The notes below the pieces were generated by a model that saw only the letters and a list, made by a program, of their open reading frames with translations, was not told where the DNA came from and searched no databases. From positions 2,432,001 to 2,496,000 of the forward strand of contig CBDBGH010000003.1 of the NCBI GenBank assembly GCA_965205265.1: DNA of 64,000 nucleotides, given 5' to 3'. Source of the stretch: Alphaproteobacteria bacterium (GTDB lineage Bacteria > Pseudomonadota > Alphaproteobacteria > Bin95). The position numbers and the translations under genes are program-made. The first letter of the stretch is position 1, and every line of letters starts with the position of its first letter. This document shows, piece after piece, positions 40,619 to 49,998 of this stretch.

Positions 40619-43600
40619 CCGCCAGGAAATACAATCCGGGGTTCCTGTCCGACGACGAACTCGTCGCGACCTTCTGCGTGCGGACCCGGGAATTCGCCTC
40701 GATCGTCGAAACGCTCGGGGAATGCGACGGAAACTCGAACACGCACCAGATCGTCATCGGGCCGCGCGGCAGCGGCAAGACGAGCCTGCTGTTGCGGGTC
40801 GCGGCCGAGATAGACCGGGATGCCGGGCTCGCCTCGCGCTTCTTCCCGGTGGTCTTCGCGGAGGAGAGCTACGAAGTCTCGACTGTCGGGGAGTTCTGGC
40901 TCGAATGCCTATCGCGTCTGGCCGACCGGGCGCCGCAGCGCGAAGACGGTCCCGATCTGCGGCGCAGTTTCGAGGAACTGCGGGCCGTCCGGGACGACCG
41001 GGCGCTCGGGGACCGTTGCCTCGGCGCCCTGCAGGACTTCGCAGACCGTGAAGGCAAGCGCCTGGTGCTGTTCGTCGAGAACCTGAACATGATGTTCCGG
41101 GACATGGCGGACAAAGATGCCGGATGGAAGCTGCGCCACACGCTCCAGACCGAGCCGCGGATTGTCCTGCTGGCGAGCGCAACCAGCCGGTTCGACGAGA
41201 TGGACAGCCCGGACAAGGCCTTCTACGACCTCTTCCGGGTGCTGTTCCTGCGTCCTCTGGATACCGGCGACTGCGCGACCCTCTGGCAGCAGGTCTCGGG
41301 CCAGAGCCGGGCGCCGCAGACAATCCAGGCGTTGCGGATTCTCACCGGCGGCAGCCCCCGGCTTCTGACCATCGTGGCCCGTTTCGGGGCGAAGCTCTCG
41401 TTCCGCGAACTGATGGCCGACCTCCTGAACCTCGTGGATGACCATACCGAGTATTTCAAGAGCCACCTCGATGCGCTTCCCGCCCAGGAACGCCGTGTCT
41501 ATCTGGCCCTCGCTGCGTTATGGAAACCTGCGACTGCTCGCGAAATCGCTGACCGGGCGCGACTCGACACCAGCAAATGCAGCGCGCAACTCGCGCGACT
41601 GATCGATCGCGGCGCAGTCGAGACAACGGGCGGCAGCCCGCGGCGCAAGTTCTATTACCTCGCCGAGCGGCTCTACAACATCTACTACCTGATGCGCCGC
41701 GCCCGGGGACCCGCACCCCTGATCGAAGCGCTGGTCCGCTTCATGGAGGGATACTACTCGGCGGATGAGTTGAAGGAGTTCGGGGCCCGGATTGCGAGGG
41801 AGGCGCTGGAAACCGACGGCAAGGACCTGCCGCATTACCGGACCGCATTCCAGCAACTGGTCCGACTCCCGTCCCTGTCAGCGTACCGCGACGAATTGTT
41901 GTCGCTGACGCCGGCTGCGTTTGGCTTCGGCGAAGAGGGAAGCGGTTATTCCGCCGCGGACGGGCGTCCGGTATCGGCAAGGGAGCTTTTCGAGAACGGC
42001 CATGCCCTGGCCGAGGGCGGACGACTAAAGGAAGCTGTTGCGGCGTGGAAAGACCTCGTCCGCCGTTTCGGGGAAAGCGAAGCGGTGGACGACCGCAATC
42101 GGGTCTCGCTGGCGCTCGTAAATATGGGGACGGCGCTCGGGCGCCTGAACCGTTTCGAAGAGGCCCTTGCGGCCTGGGACGATGTTGTGCGGCGCTTCGG
42201 GGGAAACCGGGAACCTGCAATTCCTAATGCTGTCGCCACGGCCCTGCTAAAAACAGCGTTCCTGCACACCGAGGAGAACCGCCCGCTGGAAGCGCTGGCC
42301 GCATGCGACGAAGTCCTGCTGCGCTTTCGGGAGACGCGGATCGAGTCGCTTCAAAGTCTGCTCGCGAATGCGCTGATCGGCAAGACTGTTGCGCTTATGG
42401 CGTTGAACCGGCCGAACGAGGCTTTGGCCGCCTGCGACGAACTTTTGGGGCGTTTCGGCGCAAGCGCAGCGCCCGAATTCCTCGGCAGCATCGCCGCGGC
42501 CATGGCCGGTAGAGGCTCCGCCCTTCTCGCCCTTGGCCGTCTCGACGCAGCCGCGGCTGCATGGAGCCGGGTGGCGGAGCACTTCGGAAGCAGCGAGATT
42601 CCGGAAGCCATCGACCATGTTGCCATGGCGCTCGGCAACAAGGCGTCCGCTCTTGCCGGGCTCGGTCGCCCTGAAGAAGCGCTCGCCATATGCGAAGAGG
42701 TCCTGCACCGCTATACGGATGACCGTCGGCCGACACGGCGGGAACCGACCGCCGCCGCCTTGCTCCACAAGGGCAACGCCCTCGGTCTGTTGGGCCGCCA
42801 AGAGGAAGCGCTCGCCGCATGGAGTGAGTGCGCACAGCGCTTCGGTTCCGAACCGAACGAGCAAGTGCCGGTGGCATTGGCGCTGATGAGCACGGGCATG
42901 ACGCTGCTTCAAACAGACCGACCGGAAGAAGCATTGCCTGTCTGGGGCGACATCGTCCAACGCTTCGGAACGAGCGATCAGCCCCAGATACGTGCGGTTA
43001 TCGTCAAAGCTTTCACTCAAATGGGCACCTTGCTGGAGCACTTGGCCCGGCATGAGGAGGCTCTCGCCGTTTGGGAGGATGCCGAGCAGCGCTACGGAAC
43101 CGGAGTAGAGCCGGAATTTCTGGAACTGGTTGCCGGCTCTCTAGTCAACAGGGGCGCCACCCTCATCGAACTGGGCCGACTGGAGGAGGCGCTGGCGGTA
43201 TTCGACCGGGCGGTGCACCAATTCGAAACGAGCGAAGCGCCGGAGATCGTTTATTCCGTTGCAGCCGCTCTGCACAACAAGGGTTCTGTGCTCAACATGC
43301 TGAACCGGGCGGAAGAGGCGGTTGCGGTCTGGAATGAATTGATAAGCCGGTATGGCAACAGCAACGAGCCTTCAATCCTCAAGCAAGTTGCGGGTGCGGT
43401 TGTCGGCAAAGGTGCCGCGCTAGCCGGCATGGGTCGAATGGAAGAAGCGCTTACGGCCTGCGACGAGGTTCTCCATCGCTTCGGAGCGGACGCCGGACCG
43501 ACATATATCGAGGAGATGTGGACGGCTCTTTCCAACAAGATTACCGTTCTCGCCTTCCTGAACCGTCCGGAGGAGGCGCTGGCAGTCTGCGAGGAAGGTG

Positions 43601-44217
43601 TCCGGCGCTTTGAGGCCGGCACCGACACCGCAGCAGCGAACGCAATCGCCGCTTGCTTCGCGAAGAAAGGCGACCTGCTTGCCCAATTGGACAGGACCGA
43701 TGAGGCGGTCGCGGCCTGGAAGGAGGCGGTGCGGCGCTTTGGGGCCAGCGACGCGCCGGCGCTGCGCCAAACCGCCGATACGGCCCTGATCGGACTCGCC
43801 GGGCATGAGTTGAAGCAGGGGAACGCCGGGGCGGCCGTGGAGGCCGCAGACCGGGTTCTGCAACATGAGAAAGGAACGCCGGACAGCCGGTGGCGCGCCC
43901 TCTTCGTCCGCGCCTTGGCCCATCTTAAGGAAGGAGACAGAGCCGCATGCGCCCTCGACATCGAGGCGGGACTGGAGGTCCTTCCCGGCCTCGACATTCT
44001 CCCGAAGGATGCCCTGGACGCCCTGTCGGACATCGCTCTGGTATTCGGCCTGGCCGAAACGGGCGATCTCATCCGCAAGTCGCCAGCCTCCGACCTGCTG
44101 CTTCCCCTGACAACGGCCTTTGAGTTGGAACTGGGCCTGGAGCCGCGCGTGGCGAAGGAAGTCGAGGAAGTTGCCGAAGACATCCGGCGGGATTTGCGGG
44201 AGCGGCAAGGAAATTGA
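40615..44217 (+). CDS. STAND-like NTPase - wHTH - TPR-repeat protein (about 1200 aa)
   Basis: GPRGSGKT, LFVENLN, LTGGSPR, ATAREIADRARL (wHTH), about 14 repeats of about 43 aa (AL.nkg..L..LgR.eEAla..d..v.RFg). Confidence 0.85.
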   Translation: MTARKYNPGFLSDDELVATFCVRTREFASIVETLGECDGNSNTHQIVIGPRGSGKTSLLLRVAAEIDRDAGLASRFFPVVFAEESYEVSTVGEFWLECLSRLADRAPQREDGPDLRRSFEELRAVRDDRALGDRCLGALQDFADREGKRLVLFVENLNMMFRDMADKDAGWKLRHTLQTEPRIVLLASATSRFDEMDSPDKAFYDLFRVLFLRPLDTGDCATLWQQVSGQSRAPQTIQALRILTGGSPRLLTIVARFGAKLSFRELMADLLNLVDDHTEYFKSHLDALPAQERRVYLALAALWKPATAREIADRARLDTSKCSAQLARLIDRGAVETTGGSPRRKFYYLAERLYNIYYLMRRARGPAPLIEALVRFMEGYYSADELKEFGARIAREALETDGKDLPHYRTAFQQLVRLPSLSAYRDELLSLTPAAFGFGEEGSGYSAADGRPVSARELFENGHALAEGGRLKEAVAAWKDLVRRFGESEAVDDRNRVSLALVNMGTALGRLNRFEEALAAWDDVVRRFGGNREPAIPNAVATALLKTAFLHTEENRPLEALAACDEVLLRFRETRIESLQSLLANALIGKTVALMALNRPNEALAACDELLGRFGASAAPEFLGSIAAAMAGRGSALLALGRLDAAAAAWSRVAEHFGSSEIPEAIDHVAMALGNKASALAGLGRPEEALAICEEVLHRYTDDRRPTRREPTAAALLHKGNALGLLGRQEEALAAWSECAQRFGSEPNEQVPVALALMSTGMTLLQTDRPEEALPVWGDIVQRFGTSDQPQIRAVIVKAFTQMGTLLEHLARHEEALAVWEDAEQRYGTGVEPEFLELVAGSLVNRGATLIELGRLEEALAVFDRAVHQFETSEAPEIVYSVAAALHNKGSVLNMLNRAEEAVAVWNELISRYGNSNEPSILKQVAGAVVGKGAALAGMGRMEEALTACDEVLHRFGADAGPTYIEEMWTALSNKITVLAFLNRPEEALAVCEEGVRRFEAGTDTAAANAIAACFAKKGDLLAQLDRTDEAVAAWKEAVRRFGASDAPALRQTADTALIGLAGHELKQGNAGAAVEAADRVLQHEKGTPDSRWRALFVRALAHLKEGDRAACALDIEAGLEVLPGLDILPKDALDALSDIALVFGLAETGDLIRKSPASDLLLPLTTAFELELGLEPRVAKEVEEVAEDIRRDLRERQGN

Positions 44218-44365
44218 GTTGCTGTCCGGCGCCCTTTCCGTCGGCAACCCCGCTTTCCGTTGTTCTCCGGCGGTGCAACATTCTGCGGGTTGGGCGGGGC
44301 GCGGCCCCTGCCACCCGGCCCGCAGGCCTTGCCACCGCCCCGCGGCCGCTATAGGGTCCGCCGCC

Positions 44366-44490
44366 ATGAGCCCACGGACCTGCATCTGCGTTTCCCGACG
44401 CCGCGCCTGCGTGTAGGCGGTCGCGGGCTCGTTCACTAAGCACCACAATCCAGACAGCCGCGACTGCCGCCGGGAGGCGGGGTCCCTTTT
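44366..44490 (+). promoter_or_regulatory. Candidate leader peptide / attenuator upstream of argD
   Basis: u[19 protein letters not shown] (44366-44416); 44417-44429 pairs with 44456-44467; competing hairpin 44462-44484 followed by CCTTTT. Confidence 0.55.
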
Positions 44491-44531
44491 GCTGTCCTTG
44501 TCCTCGGCGCCCGAGCGGGAAGGACAGGACC

Positions 44532-45737
44532 ATGACGACACTCGCAGAGCCGCAGGCGGAAAACGCGGCGCACGACCCCTATAGGGCCCTGATGGAAATC
44601 ACCCGGCGGCCCGCCATCACCTTCACGCACGGGCGGGGCGGGCTGCTCTGGGACAGCGAGGGCAACCGCTATCTGGACTTCATCCAAGGCTGGGCGGTGA
44701 ACTGCCTCGGGCATAGCCCCCCGGCCGTCGCCCGCGCGCTGGCGGAGCAGTCGGCCCGGCTGCTCAACTGCAGCCCCGCCTATTACAGCGAGCCGATGAT
44801 GCGCTATGCGAATGCGCTGACGGCGGCGGCGGGCCTGGAGCGGGTCTTCTTCGCCAATAGCGGCGCGGAGGCGAATGAGGGCGCCATAAAGCTCGCGCGG
44901 AAATGGGGCGCGAAGCACCGCGGCGGCACCTATGAGATCGTCACCACCGTCGGCGGCTTCCACGGCCGGACGCTCGCCACCATGTCCGCATCGGGCAAGG
45001 CGGGCTGGGACGGGCTGTTCGAACCGAAGGTGGCCGGGTTCCCGAAAGTGCCGTTGAACGACCTGGCGGCCGTCGAGGCCGCGGTCGGGGACCGGACCGC
45101 CGCCGTCATGCTGGAGCCGATCCAGGGCGAGTCCGGCGTGTGGCCCGCGGATGACGGCTATCTGAGGTCCCTGCGCGCCCTGGCCGACCGGCGGGGCATC
45201 CTGCTGATCCTCGACGAGATCCAGACCGGCATGGGCCGGACCGGAAGCCTGTTCTGCTTCGAGCATGCCGGCGTCCGCCCGGACATCGTGACGCTCGGCA
45301 AGGGGATCGGGGCCGGAACTCCTCTCGCGGCGCTGCTCGCGCGCGAGGAAGTCTGCTGTTTCGAGCCGGGCGACCAGGGCGGCACCTATAACGGCAATGC
45401 GCTGATGGCCGCGGTCGGCCATGCGGTGCTCGAAGAGCTCACTGCGGACGGCTTCCTCGAGCGCGTCTGCGAGGCCGGGGCGGCGCTGCGGCGCGGCTTG
45501 GAGAGCCTCAGCGGGAAATACGGCCTCGGCGGCGTGCGCGGCAGGGGGCTGCTGCTTGCCCTCGACCTGACGCCGCGTTCCGACGGGTTCGCCCTCGTCG
45601 AGAAGGCGCTGGCGAAGGGACTGCTGCTCAACGCCCCCGCCCCCGACGCGCTCCGCTTCGTGCCGGCGCTCAACGTTACCGATGCGGAAATCGCCGAGAT
45701 GCTGGATGTGCTGGACGGCTTGCTGGAAGGCCGGTAG
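44532..45737 (+). CDS. argD: Acetylornithine aminotransferase (class III PLP)
   Basis: [47 protein letters not shown]. Confidence 0.88.
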   Translation: MTTLAEPQAENAAHDPYRALMEITRRPAITFTHGRGGLLWDSEGNRYLDFIQGWAVNCLGHSPPAVARALAEQSARLLNCSPAYYSEPMMRYANALTAAAGLERVFFANSGAEANEGAIKLARKWGAKHRGGTYEIVTTVGGFHGRTLATMSASGKAGWDGLFEPKVAGFPKVPLNDLAAVEAAVGDRTAAVMLEPIQGESGVWPADDGYLRSLRALADRRGILLILDEIQTGMGRTGSLFCFEHAGVRPDIVTLGKGIGAGTPLAALLAREEVCCFEPGDQGGTYNGNALMAAVGHAVLEELTADGFLERVCEAGAALRRGLESLSGKYGLGGVRGRGLLLALDLTPRSDGFALVEKALAKGLLLNAPAPDALRFVPALNVTDAEIAEMLDVLDGLLEGR

Positions 45738-45827
45738 CCGGCGGTGCGGCGGGTGCGGCGGCAGAGGCGGCAAGACAAACAGTTCGCTTATTCGCTTCAC
45801 CGCTGCGATTGCCTTTGCTAACCTAGA

Positions 45828-46006
45828 CTTCCTCTTAGCTGGGTGCTCTCGAATGACTCGACTTGAGGTCACTCTATGCCGGGTGTTTAGCCAGGCTGCA
45901 TGCAATTGCGCGAGTTTGGGCGCCGACTTGGCCGAGCCAAGGCGCACCCGGCTCCGCTCGGGCCCGCCTTGGCTCGGCCAAGTCGGCTTCGCTAGGTAAG
46001 AGGCAG
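45828..46006 (+). ncRNA. msr-msd: Retron msr-msd ncRNA
   Basis: a2 CCTCTTA (45831-37) then branching G45838; a1 TAAGAGG (45997-46003); msr stem-loops; perfect 23-bp msd stem 45922-45944/45965-45987. Confidence 0.88.
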
Positions 46007-46011
46007 AGGAA

Positions 46012-46926
46012 GTGGACCATCCGCTTCTCAGCGCGGACCAAGCCGCGCTACGCCGGCGGTTGGTCCACTTCCTCAAAACTGCCCTTTCTGTCCAGCGCTC
46101 CAGCAATATCATATTTTTGTGTGGGGGCACCAACTCCAACGATTTGCGAATGACCTTTAAGGAGTACTGCCAAAACCATCTACAAGAATATCAAATTTTT
46201 CTGCCTGAGGCAGCTATGACGCCCCTCTTCTCTGACGACCTACAAGAACCTTTTGATCTCACAGATTTTGAGGTCCTTGTTGGCCGAATATCGCTAGCCA
46301 TCGTTCTCTTTCCTGAAGCCGCTGGCTCCTATGCTGAAACCGGTTATTTTTCTGCAATTCCAGCTCTCGCTCAAAAATGCATCCTTGTTTTGGATCGAAA
46401 ATACCAATCTGACGACAGCTTCTTGTCACTTGGCCCTGCAAAAAAAATCTCCGAACAGTCGATCTTTCATCCGAACATCACTCTCGATTACTGTCAACCA
46501 GACTTTGAAACAATAACCACCAGACTACGTTCTCGAAAACTTTCTAAGAAACGTAAATCTTTGCAAATTGACAAATTTTCTGATTTGTCCGAATACGAAA
46601 TCATTGTTGTGTTAGATATGATTGTAAGGCTTTGTAAAATTGCAACTCTATCAGATATAAATTACTTGCTAGCCGCGATTTTCAAAAATAGATTTTCACA
46701 ATCAAAAATTCAGAAACTTTTGTCGATTTTAGTTGGCTCAAATTATCTTCAAGAGATTGGTCCATATGGTCACTTTACCAGTGGTAACGACAAGCTATCT
46801 CTCGCGATTGTTCGGGAAGGTTTCAAAAATGACGAACAAGAATTGCGATTGTCATTAACAACAATTTGCCAAAAGGCAGAGCCGGATTTTGTGAATCTAA
46901 TTAGGGCACCGACCTATGTTGATTGA
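46012..46926 (+). CDS. Retron St85-family effector (NDT-like plus probable wHTH; RcaT-like toxin)
   Basis: IFLCGG, FPEAAGSYAETGYF, SFLSLGP motifs; AT-rich; lies between the ncRNA and the RT. Confidence 0.85.
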   Translation: MDHPLLSADQAALRRRLVHFLKTALSVQRSSNIIFLCGGTNSNDLRMTFKEYCQNHLQEYQIFLPEAAMTPLFSDDLQEPFDLTDFEVLVGRISLAIVLFPEAAGSYAETGYFSAIPALAQKCILVLDRKYQSDDSFLSLGPAKKISEQSIFHPNITLDYCQPDFETITTRLRSRKLSKKRKSLQIDKFSDLSEYEIIVVLDMIVRLCKIATLSDINYLLAAIFKNRFSQSKIQKLLSILVGSNYLQEIGPYGHFTSGNDKLSLAIVREGFKNDEQELRLSLTTICQKAEPDFVNLIRAPTYVD

Positions 46927-47851
46927 AGATCTTCAAATTCAGTCAGGACTTTCACGCCAGCAATTACTCTATCTGTCCAACACGGCATCAAAGAGATATA
47001 AATCTTATACGATTCAGAAACGCAATGGAGGATCGCGAACGATTCACCATCCTAGTAGGACGCTAAAGGCAATTCAGCGATGGCTTAATTTGGTTCTAAT
47101 TTCTAACCTGCCAGTACATGATAGCGCAACTGCATACAGGAAAGGACAAAGCATTCGATCGAATGCCATGATGCATGCGAAAACACGGTTCACATTGCGA
47201 ATGGACTTCAGAGAATTTTTTCCATCCTTTTGCGTCCATCATGTCCGAGAATTTATCGAAAGGAAAGGATCGGAAATCGGTTGGGAATTAAGTGACGATG
47301 ATTTAGAATTTGTAGCGAAAATAAGTACCAGATTTGATTTTTTAACTATAGGAGCCCCATCATCACCGACCTTGACTAATGCGATGATGTATGGATTTGA
47401 TTATCGTGTGTCGGATTGGGCAGATGCAGAAGGATTGATTTATACTCGATACGCTGATGATCTGTTTATTTCGTCTCGAAGACCTAACAAATTAGCGGCA
47501 GCGCGGGATAGAATATTGGAAGAAAGTGCACAATTTAAATACGCAAAACTAATCATAAATGACAAGAAAACAGCATACTTGTCGCGGCGATATCGACGAA
47601 CAATTACTGGCTTGGTTGTAACACCGGGGGAGCGAGTATCCATTGGACGGGGACGTAAGCGCGAAATAAAAAGTATGGTTCACAGGTTTATGGCAGGGTC
47701 GATGACAATCGGAGAAATAGACAAGTTGCGCGGACTAGTCGGGTATTCTAAGGGAGTGGAACCAAGCTTTTATGATTCTGTTTGTGTCAAGTATGGGAAA
47801 TCGGTGTTAGAGAAGGTGCTCAAGGGAGATTTGGAGGCGAAGCGCGTTTAG
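46916..47851 (+). CDS. Retron reverse transcriptase (St85 family)
   Basis: KRNGGSRTI, retron region X NAMMH, DFREFFPS, GAPSSP, YTRYADD, region Y ITGL. Confidence 0.95.
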   Translation: MLIEDLQIQSGLSRQQLLYLSNTASKRYKSYTIQKRNGGSRTIHHPSRTLKAIQRWLNLVLISNLPVHDSATAYRKGQSIRSNAMMHAKTRFTLRMDFREFFPSFCVHHVREFIERKGSEIGWELSDDDLEFVAKISTRFDFLTIGAPSSPTLTNAMMYGFDYRVSDWADAEGLIYTRYADDLFISSRRPNKLAAARDRILEESAQFKYAKLIINDKKTAYLSRRYRRTITGLVVTPGERVSIGRGRKREIKSMVHRFMAGSMTIGEIDKLRGLVGYSKGVEPSFYDSVCVKYGKSVLEKVLKGDLEAKRV

Positions 47852-47880
47852 CAGAGAAAACGAAAGACAAGCTCACTTTC

Positions 47881-48098
47881 GAGAATGCGGCGGTCTGCTC
47901 AGGACCGGCATGGCCGCCGACATCGTGGTGTTCGACGAGGCGGCGGTGAAGCCCTGCCTGCCGACGGTGGAACACGACCTGCCCGGCGGCGAGCACCGGC
48001 TGGTGCAGAAGGCCGAGGGCATCGACGCCACCATCGTCAACGGCGAGAGCACCGGTGCCGTTCCGGGCGGAGTCATAAGGGGCCCGCTCGCGGCTTAG
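47881..48098 (+). pseudogene. C-terminal remnant of an N-acyl-D-amino-acid deacylase-type amidohydrolase
   Basis: GLLRTGMAADIVVFD...DLPGG..RL.QKAEGIDATIVNGE..TGAVPG; no N-terminal part. Confidence 0.7.
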
Positions 48099-48130
48099 CG
48101 GCGTCCCCTCCTCCGGCCTGTCCGAGCGGA

Positions 48131-48354
48131 CTAACCGTCCCCCTCCGCGATATCCGTCTTCAGCGCCCGTTTCACGCCCTCGCTGCGGCTGTGGATCGGG
48201 GCGAACTGGCCGTTCAGGCGGAGGAACTGGTTCAGTTGGTTGCCGAAACCGAGCGCGCCGTGCAGCGCCATGTCCTCCGCCAGCCGGCAGGTGGTCCTGG
48301 TGCGCCGGACGGCCTAGGGCACGCGGCCGGTCAGCGTGCCGAAGAACACCGCCA
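48131..48354 (-). pseudogene. Degenerate copy of the 3' end of the enoyl-CoA hydratase gene
   Basis: Aligns by eye to 49158-49370; TGG to TAG stop at about 48314. Confidence 0.8.
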
Positions 48355-48448
48355 TCGCTTTGGAGAATCTGCTTAACCAAGCCTTGACCAAGGCTGTAAT
48401 GGCGGTTATCTGCGGGCGGACACGGACATGCGGACAGGAACAGGGTCC

Positions 48449-48682
48449 ATGCCTCCCACCTTCAATATCGGCGATGCCAAGACGCGGTTGTCGCATCTGA
48501 TCGCCCAGGCCGAGGAAGGCCGGGATGTCGTCATCGCGCGCAACGGCGTGCCGGCAGCCCGCATTGTGCCGATACGGGAACCGGTCGCCCGCACCGTCGA
48601 ACTGTTGAGGCAGGAACGGAAGGAGCGCCCCGCCGTCTCCGCCGAGGAGATTCGCGCCGCCAGGGACGAGGGCCGCGCCTGA
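48449..48682 (+). CDS. Phd/YefM family antitoxin
   Basis: FNIGDAKTRLSHLI..AEEG.DVVIARNGVPAARIVP. Confidence 0.9.
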   Translation: MPPTFNIGDAKTRLSHLIAQAEEGRDVVIARNGVPAARIVPIREPVARTVELLRQERKERPAVSAEEIRAARDEGRA

Positions 48683-49083
48683 TGGCTGTCGTTATCGACG
48701 CCTCCATCGCGGCGGCATGGTGCTTCCCCGACGAGCGGGCGCAGGCGGCCGAGCAAGTTCTGGATATGCTGCCGCAAACCGGAGGCGTCGTTCCCGGACT
48801 CTTCCGGCATGAAATCCGCAATATACTGATCGTGAACGAACGCCGCGGCCGTATCGACCGCACCCAAAGCCTGCGGTTCCTGACACGTTTGCGGAGCCTG
48901 CAACTGGTGCAGGACGATTCTCATGACGAAGACACGGTCCTCGCGCTCGCCCGCAATCGCCGCCTGTCCGCCTACGACGCTTCCTATCTGGAGACCGCGT
49001 TGCGCCGGGGCGACAGCCTTGCGACGCTCGATCGCGCCCTTGCCCGCGCGGCCTCCGCCGAAGGTGTAACCGTCATCGCCTGA
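48682..49083 (+). CDS. vapC: VapC (PIN domain) toxin
   Basis: VVIDAS, HEIRN, LSAYDASYL, LATLD. Confidence 0.9.
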   Translation: MAVVIDASIAAAWCFPDERAQAAEQVLDMLPQTGGVVPGLFRHEIRNILIVNERRGRIDRTQSLRFLTRLRSLQLVQDDSHDEDTVLALARNRRLSAYDASYLETALRRGDSLATLDRALARAASAEGVTVIA

Positions 49084-49132
49084 ACGGGCCTCGCTCCGAC
49101 ACGGCGCCGGGCGGCCTCCTTCCTGCGGCGGC

Positions 49133-49948
49133 TTACCCGCCTTCCACCGCCTCCTCATCCGCAATATCCGTCTTGAGGGCCTGTTTCACGCCCTCGCTGC
49201 GGCTGTGGATCGGCGCGATCTGGCCGTTCAGGCGGAGGAGCTGGTTCAGCTGGTTGCCGAAATTGAGCGCGCCGTGCAGCGCCATGTCCTCGGCGAGGCG
49301 GTAGGTCGTCTTGGTGCGCCGGACCGCCCAGGGCGCGCGGTCCGCGAGCGTGCCGACGAAGGCGGCCACCGCCCCGGCCAGCCCGCCCGGCTCCGCCAGC
49401 CGGTTCACCAGGCCGAACTCGCGATACTGCTCGGCGGTGTAGAGGTCGCCGGTCATGGCGATCTCCAGCCCCCGGCGCCGCCCGATCTGGCGCGTGAGCA
49501 GCGCGATGTTCATGGCGGCCGGGAAGCCGTAGGCCATCTCCACATTGCCGAACCGCGCGCCGCGCTCGGCCACGACGAAATCGCAGGCGAGCGACATGGC
49601 CTGCCCGCCGCCGAGCGCCATGCCGTGCACAGCCGCAATCGTCGGCTTCGGCGATTCGATCAGCAGCGAGAGCGCCTCCAGGAAGATGTCCACCGCCGCG
49701 TCCACGGACATGTCCTGGAGAATGGCGGCCTCCTCGAATTCGGAGGCGTCGCGACCGGAGGTGAAGCAGTCGCCCGCGCCCCGGACGACGATGGCGCGCA
49801 CCTCGTCATCCGCAATGGCGCTGCGCACGGCCGCTGCGAACGCTGCCAGCAGCGCGTCGTTCATCGCGTTCTTCTTCTCCGGGCGGTTGAGCGTCAGCAC
49901 GGCGGCGCGGCCCTCTTGCGAGACGAGCACGAGCGGTCGGTCCGGCAT
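49133..49948 (-). CDS. Enoyl-CoA hydratase/isomerase family protein
   Basis: LTLNRPEKKNAMN, KPTIAAVHGMALGGG, CDF. Confidence 0.92.
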   Translation of the reverse strand: MPDRPLVLVSQEGRAAVLTLNRPEKKNAMNDALLAAFAAAVRSAIADDEVRAIVVRGAGDCFTSGRDASEFEEAAILQDMSVDAAVDIFLEALSLLIESPKPTIAAVHGMALGGGQAMSLACDFVVAERGARFGNVEMAYGFPAAMNIALLTRQIGRRRGLEIAMTGDLYTAEQYREFGLVNRLAEPGGLAGAVAAFVGTLADRAPWAVRRTKTTYRLAEDMALHGALNFGNQLNQLLRLNGQIAPIHSRSEGVKQALKTDIADEEAVEGG

Positions 49949-49998
49949 GAAACAAGCTCCTCGGGTTCCGGGCAGTCCGGCGGGCGGTGGGCTTCGCT

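Noticed and set aside
41980-43860. Periodic sequence possibly a CRISPR array or DGR-like repeats
   Set aside because: Periodicity is at protein level (43-aa TPR-like units); no identical DNA repeats, cas genes or adenine-specific TR/VR pair seen
46916-47851. RT as group II intron, DGR or DRT-type
   Set aside because: Short 311-aa RT with retron X/Y motifs, msr-msd and an NDT-like effector fits a retron
45772-47870. AAGACAA at both retron flanks as a target-site duplication
   Set aside because: Only 7 bp and the boundaries are undefined; could be chance
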